Virus record (IMG/VR): IMGVR_UViG_3300032282_005530
Span: 1-64,000 of that record
Strand: one strand, 5' to 3'
DNA: 64,000 nucleotides
Source: a virus
A program made the translations under genes and the position numbers. Below the pieces are notes generated by a model. The model made no database searches, was not told the origin of the DNA, and saw only the letters and a program-made list of their open reading frames with translations. This document shows positions 1 to 8,791 of the stretch, piece by piece. The first letter of the stretch is position 1. Every line of letters begins with the position of its first letter.

Positions 1-123
1 GTAGCAAAACTGGCACTAGTTGAATTTGTAGCAAAACTGGCACTAGTTGAATTTGTAGCAAAACTGGCACTAGTTGAATTTGTAGCAAAACTGGCACTAG
101 TTGAATTTGTAGCAAAACTGGCA
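1..123. repeat. Perfect 27-bp tandem repeat GTAGCAAAACTGGCACTAGTTGAATTT (4 copies + partial), coding TNSTSASFA
   Basis: Units at 1-27, 28-54, 55-81, 82-108, partial 109-123; no spacers. Confidence 0.95.
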
Positions 124-416
124 GAAGTTGCAAAACTAGCAGTGCCAACTAAATCACCATTAAAAGAAGCCGTTACACTTGTTAATGATATGTTATCTTT
201 TAATACGACCGGATCTTCCGGAGCACCATTACCGGCAATATTTCCTGCAGTTTCAACTGTTTCAATAACAAAAACAGAAGCACTAATAGCATTATCTACG
301 ATTCCACCTGCAATCCACCCGGTGCCATCTGGACTTGATATAAGTAAAGAAGCTGTGCCGGGTAATGGTAAAACAAATGGAATTGCCTTTATTGAGAACC
401 CATCGTTAAAACTCAT
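1..416 (-). CDS. Tail fibre-like protein, 5' part (runs off window start); not in ORF track
   Basis: ATG at 416, 1 nt after TGA of the upstream gene; open to the window edge: MSFNDGFSIKAIPFVLPLPGTAS...GTASFATSASFA(TNSTSASFA)n. Confidence 0.75.
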   Translation of the reverse strand, partial: MSFNDGFSIKAIPFVLPLPGTASLLISSPDGTGWIAGGIVDNAISASVFVIETVETAGNIAGNGAPEDPVVLKDNISLTSVTASFNGDLVGTASFATSASFATNSTSASFATNSTSASFATNSTSASFATNSTSASFA

Positions 417-417
417 T

Positions 418-822
418 TCAGCCTACTCCTGCCGAGCCGGACCAATTATTATTTAATTCGGTTGCCGATATGTTTGTTAAACCTGTTATGATACTTGCTG
501 ATAGTGCAGTACCATTGTTGCTCATTAAGTAAACTCGCGTGACTTTTAAATCTGCAGCAAAGCTTTCACCGGCAGATAATAAGAAAAAATTGTTTGTATT
601 TGATACACCATTTGAACTAAACCCAACGCGCATAGATACAGAACCTGTGCTAACATTTTTAACAATTATACTTTTTGTTACTTGCGGAAAACTAATTTCT
701 AGTGGAGTTGAACCACTTGCAGGAACAACAAGCGAACTCGAAACCCATGGAATACCAGATACTTGATAAGAAGCGGCATTACCTATACCTGGTCTGTGTA
801 AACTCATAAAATCTGTTGACAT
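418..822 (-). CDS. Hypothetical virion-associated protein (134 aa)
   Basis: ORF with GAGG-like SD and upstream CTATTTA motif; beta-rich; structural context. Confidence 0.7.
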   Translation of the reverse strand: MSTDFMSLHRPGIGNAASYQVSGIPWVSSSLVVPASGSTPLEISFPQVTKSIIVKNVSTGSVSMRVGFSSNGVSNTNNFFLLSAGESFAADLKVTRVYLMSNNGTALSASIITGLTNISATELNNNWSGSAGVG

Positions 823-841
823 TGTTCTTTATCCTCTGTTA

Positions 842-848
842 TAAATAG
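842..848 (-). promoter_or_regulatory. Putative phage late promoter core CTATTTA
   Basis: Same motif about 20 nt upstream of starts at 822, 2093 (CTAATTA), 3334, 5365, 51768, 61053 (CTAATTA). Confidence 0.55.
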
Positions 849-854
849 TAAAAA

Positions 855-2093
855 TTAAGCAATAGCACCAGTAGAACCACTAAATACTGCGGCTGCAATT
901 CTATTTATGGCTTCTTGTAATGTTGATGGTGGACTTCCAGACCAATGTGAAGGTTCAGAAGCACTAAACGCAATATTACCAGTTAATTCTGTAAACTGTG
1001 CTATTGTTCCGGTTAGTTCACCAGGTAAAGTTAATTTACCATCATTTCCAAAATCCCACACATATGAAGCAGAAGTAGTATTTTGTGTAGTAGTAATTTG
1101 AACCCAATGTTTTTCAGTATAGCTATTATCTTGATCTCTAATAATTATATTAGCTTTTTCTCCACCAACAATCAGTTGTGCATCGGCATCATCAATTAAA
1201 CCACCAGCACGAATATGAATGTGGTTTGGAGAAGTTGGATCGATTACTAAATATTGACCATTAACAATTAAATTTGTATCAGGTATTAATTCTAATGTAG
1301 AAGCACCAAAATAATCGCCGGAACTACTTGGAATGCTACTAATTCTTGTGTTATATACAAAATTTAAATTCTCTAAAATATTTATATTTGTTGCTGTTAC
1401 TTCTGTAAATTGTGCCGTTGTTCCGCTTACTGCTTGTAGAGATGCGTGACCACTTCCAGTTAGGTTTCCACTTATATATAAACCTGGAAAGGCTATTAAT
1501 TTATCATATGAAGAAGTATAAATAATATAAGCATAATCAGGATATTGTGATAGGTCTACTTGTCCTCCTAATACCAAATTTCCGGAAATATTAGCATTAG
1601 AAGAAGATATTGTTGTAAATAATGCTGTAGAACCGGTTAAAGAGCCACTAACTAAAACTGTTGATGAACTATTTCCAAGTTCTAAATTTATACCATTAAT
1701 TTTAGTTAATTGTGTCGAAGCATTACCAAATCCGGCTGTTACTGGAGTTGAAAGTTTAAAAAACTGAAAGTGTTGAGCATTAGTATCAAGAACCATTCTT
1801 GTGCTTGTATCTTGATAAACATCAGTTACAATTGAGGAACCGCTAATTCTTAAAAAATTAGTATCCAAAACATCATCAACTCTATGATCGTATGTTTGAA
1901 TAGTTGAGGCAGTTAAATTACTTGCTGTTAAATTTGTTACAGTTAAAGAGTTAAAAGTAGAACCAGTTACATAATTGAGAATTTGTTCGGCTGATGCTCT
2001 TTTTGTTGTGACTGTTTCATAATCAACAATAGGAACAAAATCATTTGAAGTTACTGTCGAAGACGCTGTTAGTTCTGAAATTTTTACTGACAT
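855..2093 (-). CDS. Tail fibre/adhesin-like protein (412 aa)
   Basis: N-terminal MSVKISEL...VPIVD...TTKR motif typical of phage fibre N-termini; Ser/Thr-rich beta repeats. Confidence 0.6.
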   Translation of the reverse strand: MSVKISELTASSTVTSNDFVPIVDYETVTTKRASAEQILNYVTGSTFNSLTVTNLTASNLTASTIQTYDHRVDDVLDTNFLRISGSSIVTDVYQDTSTRMVLDTNAQHFQFFKLSTPVTAGFGNASTQLTKINGINLELGNSSSTVLVSGSLTGSTALFTTISSSNANISGNLVLGGQVDLSQYPDYAYIIYTSSYDKLIAFPGLYISGNLTGSGHASLQAVSGTTAQFTEVTATNINILENLNFVYNTRISSIPSSSGDYFGASTLELIPDTNLIVNGQYLVIDPTSPNHIHIRAGGLIDDADAQLIVGGEKANIIIRDQDNSYTEKHWVQITTTQNTTSASYVWDFGNDGKLTLPGELTGTIAQFTELTGNIAFSASEPSHWSGSPPSTLQEAINRIAAAVFSGSTGAIA

Positions 2094-2114
2094 CTATAAA
2101 TCCTCAATTGTATA

Positions 2115-2121
2115 TAATTAG
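2115..2121 (-). promoter_or_regulatory. Putative late promoter core CTAATTA
   Basis: About 22 nt upstream of ATG 2093; variant of the recurring motif. Confidence 0.45.
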
Positions 2122-2376
2122 TTATTCTATTATTATAAAAGTTCCATCTTCTGTTAATAAATATTCTCCATCTTCAGTCACTAGAACTGTAGATGGTACA
2201 GGACTTGGTGGACCGGCAGAAACTGGTTCCATTAAAAAGTCAAATAATCTAGCTCCGTCTTGTGAAATCGTTTCATTATTATAATACATACTACCAGAAT
2301 ACGTAAACACTCTTACTTTTGGATAAGTCTTAATACGATTTACAAATATGTCATTCCTCTCAAATTTTTTTAACAT
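2122..2376 (-). CDS. Small structural protein with C-terminal (L/V)TEDG repeats (84 aa)
   Basis: ORF starts 1 nt after upstream stop; ends LVTEDGEYLLTEDGTFIIIE. Confidence 0.7.
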   Translation of the reverse strand: MLKKFERNDIFVNRIKTYPKVRVFTYSGSMYYNNETISQDGARLFDFLMEPVSAGPPSPVPSTVLVTEDGEYLLTEDGTFIIIE

Positions 2377-2377
2377 T

Positions 2378-3334
2378 TTATAGATCCATTTTTAATTTAA
2401 ATGTATAACTATCTAATTCTCTTTTTCTTACAGGATTTGCTAGTTTTGCAATACCTATTAGATTTTTTTGTTCATCATATATTGCTATTTTCGAAATGTA
2501 TGTTGTTTTTTTAAAATCTGGTTCTTCATCAACAAATGAAGAACTAACCATATTTTTACTAACAATATTACTATTTTCGATATAAACGTAAGAACTTGTA
2601 ATTGGTTGTAAATTCTGGCCATATTCTATCGATGTTGGATTATTAGAGTGATTTAATTCTCCAATTTTCGCATGAGCCATCATGGTTATATTTGGTATAT
2701 AATTTGTTCCCTCAAAATCTAATAAGAAACTCGATGAAACAACTCTATTAGTTTCATCTGAACCGGTATGCATGAAATATTTCCAAGAAGGAGGATAATA
2801 TGTCAAACCTATGCCAAATAAATCTGTATATATCGGATGCAAATTCCAAGAACCGGTTAATATTATAAATCCCTCATTATATAATACTACACCGGCTACA
2901 CTTCCGGAACCAACACTACCACTTGGACCAACTTGAATAAGTTCTCCATTTTGCTTAATATCTTTTAGTTCTGCTATTAAAGTTCCCGTTAAATACCATT
3001 TACAATCGATACTTCCTTTACGAATAGAAGAACCATAAAATATAGATGGAATACTAATCAAACTTATTTCTTGTTGTTCTTTGTCGCCAAAAGAAGAACT
3101 ATAATAATAATGCTTGCTTATATTTCCATAATAATCTAATGTATTTTTTAATGCTTTTACATAGTCTCTATTTTGATTTGTATGTACATAATCTCTAGTT
3201 ATGTTTGAAACATAAGGATATTCGCTTCCAGTTATAATATCGCCATATTGAAATTGGCTAAAATTAGTTGCAGAAACTGTTTTAAAGTTATTTAAACTTC
3301 CATCTTTTGTTATAAATTGCTTTGGTCTTGCCAT
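2378..3334 (-). CDS. Baseplate/tail-collar-like structural protein (318 aa)
   Basis: C-terminus YISKIAIYDEQKNLIGIAKLANPVRK...FKLKMDL, paralogous to 3396..4412. Confidence 0.6.
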   Translation of the reverse strand: MARPKQFITKDGSLNNFKTVSATNFSQFQYGDIITGSEYPYVSNITRDYVHTNQNRDYVKALKNTLDYYGNISKHYYYSSSFGDKEQQEISLISIPSIFYGSSIRKGSIDCKWYLTGTLIAELKDIKQNGELIQVGPSGSVGSGSVAGVVLYNEGFIILTGSWNLHPIYTDLFGIGLTYYPPSWKYFMHTGSDETNRVVSSSFLLDFEGTNYIPNITMMAHAKIGELNHSNNPTSIEYGQNLQPITSSYVYIENSNIVSKNMVSSSFVDEEPDFKKTTYISKIAIYDEQKNLIGIAKLANPVRKRELDSYTFKLKMDL

Positions 3335-3341
3335 AATAATA

Positions 3342-3370
3342 AAAACTGCCTAAAATAAATAGGCAGTTTC
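3342..3370 (-). terminator. Intrinsic terminator-like hairpin
   Basis: Minus strand GAAACTGCCTA-TTTATTT-TAGGCAGTTTTT downstream of 3396..4412. Confidence 0.6.
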
Positions 3371-3395
3371 TTTCTTTTGATTTTAATATTCGTAA

Positions 3396-4412
3396 TCAAT
3401 AATCAAGTCTTACTCTCAAAATCATCTCATTTGTTGGATCTTTCTTGAGAGGTTCACTTAATTTAGCAACAGCAAGCAGTTCATTATCTGCAGAATAAAG
3501 ACCAACAGATGTTATATAACTTACTGGATTGTCTAATGACGAATTTTTTACAACAATCTTACTTGAACTTAAGTAAGTTGGATTTGAACTATAATTAAAT
3601 TCATTATGATTTAATCTGCAGAAATAAATTGTTGAATTTAATTCTGTTGTATTATTAAAATTAACATCATTTACTCTTCTTCTCAGAGAATCCGCAGCAA
3701 CTTGCATAGAACTTGTTTGGAACAAATTACTTACATCACCGGTTGAACCGGTCATAGTTGCTCCGCTAAACAAAGAAGCAGTCAAAACAGCAATACCTGC
3801 TTGATAATATAATAAACCAACTCCTGTTCCTTCTACGGCAGCAGAACTTGTATATAATATTCCATATTCTCCTGATGGAGAGTTTATACGATATTCGTTT
3901 TGAGCACCATAATCACCAACTGTTTTTAATGTTCCACTAAATGGCGTAGAAAACGAACCTGTACCAAGAACCAATCTAAAACTATCTTTTTTGATTTCAT
4001 CTTTAACAAGAAGTCTCGAGAAGTTTATAAAGAATACTTCTGTTAATTTGTCGCCCTCTGTTAAATCACCATTACGATCAAATTCTAAAATAGTTCCTGT
4101 TACATCATTACCAACAAGAACTTGTGCCATTTGATTATAAACATTTATTTTTTTGGCATTTTGTTCATTAAGAGAACTTGATAAACCAGATTTTGGGCTC
4201 AATCCAACAGTTATATCAAATATGTGATTTGCTGAAGAACTTAAAACGGGATAATCATATACTGATTGGAACATTCCATGAGAATAGTTTTTAATATTAT
4301 TATCAGAATAAGTGCCAGATACTATTGTTCCTGTAATGGGAATTGCTTCGTGTAAGAGTGTGCGAGTTGAAACAACATCATTATTCAAAAAAGTCTTATA
4401 TATTGTAGCCAT
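3396..4412 (-). CDS. Baseplate/tail-collar-like structural protein (338 aa)
   Basis: C-terminus YITSVGLYSADNELLAVAKLSEPLKK...RVRLDY; GGAG SD. Confidence 0.6.
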   Translation of the reverse strand: MATIYKTFLNNDVVSTRTLLHEAIPITGTIVSGTYSDNNIKNYSHGMFQSVYDYPVLSSSANHIFDITVGLSPKSGLSSSLNEQNAKKINVYNQMAQVLVGNDVTGTILEFDRNGDLTEGDKLTEVFFINFSRLLVKDEIKKDSFRLVLGTGSFSTPFSGTLKTVGDYGAQNEYRINSPSGEYGILYTSSAAVEGTGVGLLYYQAGIAVLTASLFSGATMTGSTGDVSNLFQTSSMQVAADSLRRRVNDVNFNNTTELNSTIYFCRLNHNEFNYSSNPTYLSSSKIVVKNSSLDNPVSYITSVGLYSADNELLAVAKLSEPLKKDPTNEMILRVRLDY

Positions 4413-4429
4413 TTTATTCTCCTAATTTA

Positions 4430-5365
4430 TCATTTTAACTTTAAAAATCTTACAGGAATATCAATTCTGTAACCGGTTGTAGCACCAATAACTCTTACTG
4501 TACTATCGATATATCTAAAATCTCCAGAATTCGAATCGACTGTTAATGTAATATCAGAACCAAGTTGTTCAAACAAGAATGTACTTGTTTGTAAATCTAG
4601 AGAAGCGTTTATTTTAAATTCTAATATAGTGCCTCTTGGACCTCTTATAGCTTGTAATATAGTGTCTGTATTAGTATTAGTACTAATAAAAACTTGGTCA
4701 GTTCCTTCAGAAAAGAAATAACTTGCCACTTGATCATCGTCCAGATATGATAAACTGGCTCTTGTATTATTTTTACTTGCAATAGTGCCAAGACGATTAT
4801 CTAATTCAATTATATATTGAGTTTCTTTTAAATCTACTGAAATTCCTCCAGGTGAAGATGGTGAAATTTCATTTGTATCTAGTCCTTGATCTGTTCGAAT
4901 AAATGTTGCGTCTTGACCGGTAGTTGATGACTGTCCAACTCCTTGTATGTGGCCTTGACTGATTGATAGTTCCGACATTTTTTCTCTTGTATTTTGATCT
5001 ACAGATACAAGAAATAGACCATTGCAGTTTGATAAATTACTTGTTTTATTTGCTTGATTTTCTTGACTTAATTTTATGATAGGCATAAATAATAAGTCAT
5101 TTCTTGATACTGTGATTAATTTCGATTTTAAACTAACTGAATTATTTGTAAATGCTTCTAATATTGGAGTTTGTAACAAACTTAGATCATAATAAGCAGA
5201 ACCGCTTGTATTATTTTTATCGTAAAGACCATAATTTATTTCATCGTCTCCAAGCGCAAATTTTGCTATTCTAAAACTTCCATCTGCTTTTGCTAATCTA
5301 TATCTACCTGTATCAGTTAATACAGCGTCTAATATTATGTCGCCACTATTATCAAGAAATGCCAT
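4430..5365 (-). CDS. Structural protein, tail-collar-like N-terminus (311 aa)
   Basis: ILDAVLTDTGRYRLA...KFALGDDEINY; AGGAG SD; upstream CTATTTA at 5385-5391. Confidence 0.6.
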   Translation of the reverse strand: MAFLDNSGDIILDAVLTDTGRYRLAKADGSFRIAKFALGDDEINYGLYDKNNTSGSAYYDLSLLQTPILEAFTNNSVSLKSKLITVSRNDLLFMPIIKLSQENQANKTSNLSNCNGLFLVSVDQNTREKMSELSISQGHIQGVGQSSTTGQDATFIRTDQGLDTNEISPSSPGGISVDLKETQYIIELDNRLGTIASKNNTRASLSYLDDDQVASYFFSEGTDQVFISTNTNTDTILQAIRGPRGTILEFKINASLDLQTSTFLFEQLGSDITLTVDSNSGDFRYIDSTVRVIGATTGYRIDIPVRFLKLK

Positions 5366-5384
5366 TTTTTATTCTCCTACGGTA

Positions 5385-5391
5385 TAAATAG
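5385..5391 (-). promoter_or_regulatory. Putative late promoter core CTATTTA
   Basis: About 20 nt upstream of ATG 5365. Confidence 0.55.
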
Positions 5392-5404
5392 TATTTTAGT
5401 GTTT

Positions 5405-8400
5405 TTATTCTAATTTGTAATTAAATTTAAACTTTATTTCAATCTTTTTGCCAGTTTGTTTTGATGTTGCGATCATTTTAAAAGTTTTGCCCCATGGAGA
5501 AGCAAAATTTGTAATTCCTAATGAAAAATTATTTTCTAAGGCTTGTTGCGCATTTTGTGAACCTAACAATCTAGTATCTTGGGAATTAATTAAATAATGT
5601 TGCATCTGTGGTTTTATTTTAATAAATCTTCTCATTTCTAGTGAATTTTCAAACTTTGGAGTTTCAAATTCATAGTTTTTAATAATTGGAAATATCATGC
5701 CATTTTCATTTATCATTTCCAACTCATATACTGGAGATGGATTTGATATATTATCATGAACATCTACTGTTCTAAAGCAATAATAATATTTTTTATTAGG
5801 CTCTATGTCATCAATAATACTTCCAGCATTAATATTGCTTTCATTTTCTATATTTGGATTTGGTAATATTAATTTTATATATCCATTTCGAAATTCAGTA
5901 TAATTTCTTGGCTTTTTATCTAATTTCATGACTTCATATCTTTTTACAAAATCATCTGTTTTATATACTACAAGACCTCTTGAATTTTTATTATACGTAT
6001 CTATCTTATCTACATCACTCTCTAATATGCTAATCGGTTGTAATTTTTCTTCTCCGGTTCTTGTATTTAAAAATAAACCAATTTTATTATCTTTTCCAAA
6101 ATATGGAACAAATTCAATTTCTGGCGAAAGAGGAGGATGTTCTCTTATAGATAAATTATCAAAATTTATCATTTCGACTTCCATAACCATGGGTTCAATT
6201 TTTGACATTACTTCTATATCAAAATTATAATCTTGTTGATAATTTAATAATCTTTGTTGATAATGTGTAGAAGCAACTATTTGATAGGCAAATATTTTAT
6301 ATTTATATTCTTTTGAATATTTTATCTGAGTATCAATAATATTAATATAATCTATACCATCAACTTTTGGAATCCAAAAATTTTGTATTGGATTATCTTG
6401 TGTTTCGTTTTTTTCATATTTTGCTATACGATATGCAACTGTTTCATTATAAGCCTTTTTTCCATTTAATAAATCGATGTAATTTCGGAAATTATTTTTT
6501 AGAAATGTTTTTACTTGTCCTAAAAATATTATTTTTCTTAAACTATTGATAAATCTCATAGAATTATTATTTCTATTTTGAAATTCATCAGTATTACCTA
6601 TTATCGTAGTATTTTCTGGATCTACAATAGGCATAGTTGAGCCAAATGTTTCTTCTTGAAATATACTTGACATCATGTCAGATAATTTATATTGTTTAGT
6701 GTTTTTTCTTTCTGTAGAAAATTCTGAAATTATTTGAGATGCGGGATTTGCAAGTGTATTATCGACAATATTTTGTTGAAACATTTTTTGTGAAATAATT
6801 TTTTCTTCTTGTACAAAAGAATTGCCAACAAATAAATTTGCTAATTTAACAATAAAATTATTTATTAATTCAGAATTATGAAGCATTTTTGTTATATTAG
6901 ATTTTTTATCTATTGGAATAGAAATATCTGTATACATTGGAAATGTAGATTTTTTTTCATTTAAATTTGCTAAATTTGCAATAGAATCAGTTAAAAAAAT
7001 TATATTTTTATTTTTTTTAATAAGACTTTCATAAAAACCAGCATTACTTTGTCGAGAGTTTATATAATCATTAGCATATCTTTCAAAATAAGAACTCTCT
7101 ATTAATATAGGCTCATTTGTGGATGAATTATTGGAATTAATAAAAATATCGTTTAATAAAACATATAAATTTGGTAATTCTTTTTCATTTGATTGTAAAT
7201 TTGTACTTATTGCTATATCTTCATATTTTTTAATATAAAAATTATATTTTACTTTTATATCCGTAATAAATGCATTAATTATATTAAGATTTTCTAATAA
7301 TTCTGTATTTTGAAATGGAAAAGTCATCTCAAAACTATCATCACGATAAGGACCATTTATAAATCTAGAAAATTGAAACTCTGTTTTGTTTTGATATTTT
7401 ATTTCACCCGTAAAACTTCTACCTAATAATAATTGTTTTTTTAATAATTTATCATTTTCATTCGAATTAGATATTAATCCAAGTTGTAGATTATTTTGAT
7501 TATTAATATTTATTGGTCTTGTTCTAAAAGTTAATACTTCTCTTACAACTGGAGAATATACAGATTGCGTTATAATTTCTTGTTGAATTGCTCTTAATAA
7601 TGACAAATATGTTATATCGCTTTTTGTACGATACAAAGCCAAACTATTATCTTGCTCAAGAGAATAAAAAGAATTGAAAAAATATTTCAATCTATCATCA
7701 ATTAATGGGGTTTCTAGTGAAAATCTTTCTTTTAATTGTGAAGTTTGTGTACCATAATCTTTTCTGTTTATAATAAAACCTTGTCGTCCAAAAGATAAAA
7801 AAGGAGATATATTGGTTCCAAAAGAAGAGCCAAATTCCAATCTTCTCGAAGCATCGTCTAGATCTTGTATGGCTTGTTGTGGTGTTATATCTGATTGAGT
7901 ATCATCTTGATCGGTTGTACTTGTTCCAACTCCTTGACCATTTCCGGTTCCAGTTCCATTTTGACCAGACTGAATACTTTGTACTAAACTACAAATAGCT
8001 TCTACTGTAGGTTGAAGCTCTTGTATTTGTGCTTGAATAGGAATTTGTCTTCCCGGATTACGACTATTATATAATGCTTGTTGATATTCAATTCTTAATT
8101 GTTGAAGTCTATTGTTTCCTTCTTCACACTGTTGTTGTAGTTCTTCTAAGGTATATGATGTGCCTTGAAAGTCATAAGTATCTCCAGAAGTTCTATCTCG
8201 GCAATTTTCTGCATTATCTGCAGTCGATACTCCCAAATCGATCATACCTGAAAATACAGCAGAGCCTTCTTGTGTTGCACCGGGTACTGTTGAAGTTCCA
8301 GAGCCTCCAGAAGTTTGTGGATTTATAGTTAAGGGAATAGTAATTTGTAAATCGGGGTTTGAATTATTTTGTTGTCGAACGAATTGTTCTTTAAGTCTTT

Positions 8401-8731
8401 GCCAATTCATTCTATATTCTACATTATCAATATATCCATAAATTTGTGTTTGATTATTGTTATAATATAATGTAATATCATAATTGTTGCCATCTTTCAC
8501 AACTCTAATTGTCCATGGGTTTCCTGGCCCCACAACACTTGAATTACTTTCTTTTTGATCTCTTATAGAATAAATCCATTGAGAAGTATTATTATTCCCG
8601 GAATAGGGAAAACCACCACTACCATTTTTTCTAAACGGCAAAAGTAGTGGATTAGTACTTCCTATTCTTGTTTCATATTCGACTGTTACTTTATTAAAAT
8701 CAAAACTAAATCTTCCAGAAACAATTTGCAT
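5405..8731 (-). CDS. Large hypothetical protein, probably virion (1108 aa)
   Basis: Long ORF in structural block; FN3-like C-terminal segment (IEPNKKYYYCFRTVDVHDNISNPS). Confidence 0.75.
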   Translation of the reverse strand: MQIVSGRFSFDFNKVTVEYETRIGSTNPLLLPFRKNGSGGFPYSGNNNTSQWIYSIRDQKESNSSVVGPGNPWTIRVVKDGNNYDITLYYNNNQTQIYGYIDNVEYRMNWQRLKEQFVRQQNNSNPDLQITIPLTINPQTSGGSGTSTVPGATQEGSAVFSGMIDLGVSTADNAENCRDRTSGDTYDFQGTSYTLEELQQQCEEGNNRLQQLRIEYQQALYNSRNPGRQIPIQAQIQELQPTVEAICSLVQSIQSGQNGTGTGNGQGVGTSTTDQDDTQSDITPQQAIQDLDDASRRLEFGSSFGTNISPFLSFGRQGFIINRKDYGTQTSQLKERFSLETPLIDDRLKYFFNSFYSLEQDNSLALYRTKSDITYLSLLRAIQQEIITQSVYSPVVREVLTFRTRPININNQNNLQLGLISNSNENDKLLKKQLLLGRSFTGEIKYQNKTEFQFSRFINGPYRDDSFEMTFPFQNTELLENLNIINAFITDIKVKYNFYIKKYEDIAISTNLQSNEKELPNLYVLLNDIFINSNNSSTNEPILIESSYFERYANDYINSRQSNAGFYESLIKKNKNIIFLTDSIANLANLNEKKSTFPMYTDISIPIDKKSNITKMLHNSELINNFIVKLANLFVGNSFVQEEKIISQKMFQQNIVDNTLANPASQIISEFSTERKNTKQYKLSDMMSSIFQEETFGSTMPIVDPENTTIIGNTDEFQNRNNNSMRFINSLRKIIFLGQVKTFLKNNFRNYIDLLNGKKAYNETVAYRIAKYEKNETQDNPIQNFWIPKVDGIDYINIIDTQIKYSKEYKYKIFAYQIVASTHYQQRLLNYQQDYNFDIEVMSKIEPMVMEVEMINFDNLSIREHPPLSPEIEFVPYFGKDNKIGLFLNTRTGEEKLQPISILESDVDKIDTYNKNSRGLVVYKTDDFVKRYEVMKLDKKPRNYTEFRNGYIKLILPNPNIENESNINAGSIIDDIEPNKKYYYCFRTVDVHDNISNPSPVYELEMINENGMIFPIIKNYEFETPKFENSLEMRRFIKIKPQMQHYLINSQDTRLLGSQNAQQALENNFSLGITNFASPWGKTFKMIATSKQTGKKIEIKFKFNYKLE

Positions 8732-8791
8732 TTTATATATCCTTAAATCTCATATTCACGAATTTATTAATAAATTTAATCAACCTCTCGA

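Noticed and set aside
1-123. 27-bp repeats as a CRISPR array
   Set aside because: Head-to-tail with no spacers and in frame within a coding sequence.
8761-8776. Perfect intergenic palindrome AATTTATTAATAAATT
   Set aside because: All A/T in an AT-rich genome, single occurrence noticed; chance cannot be excluded.
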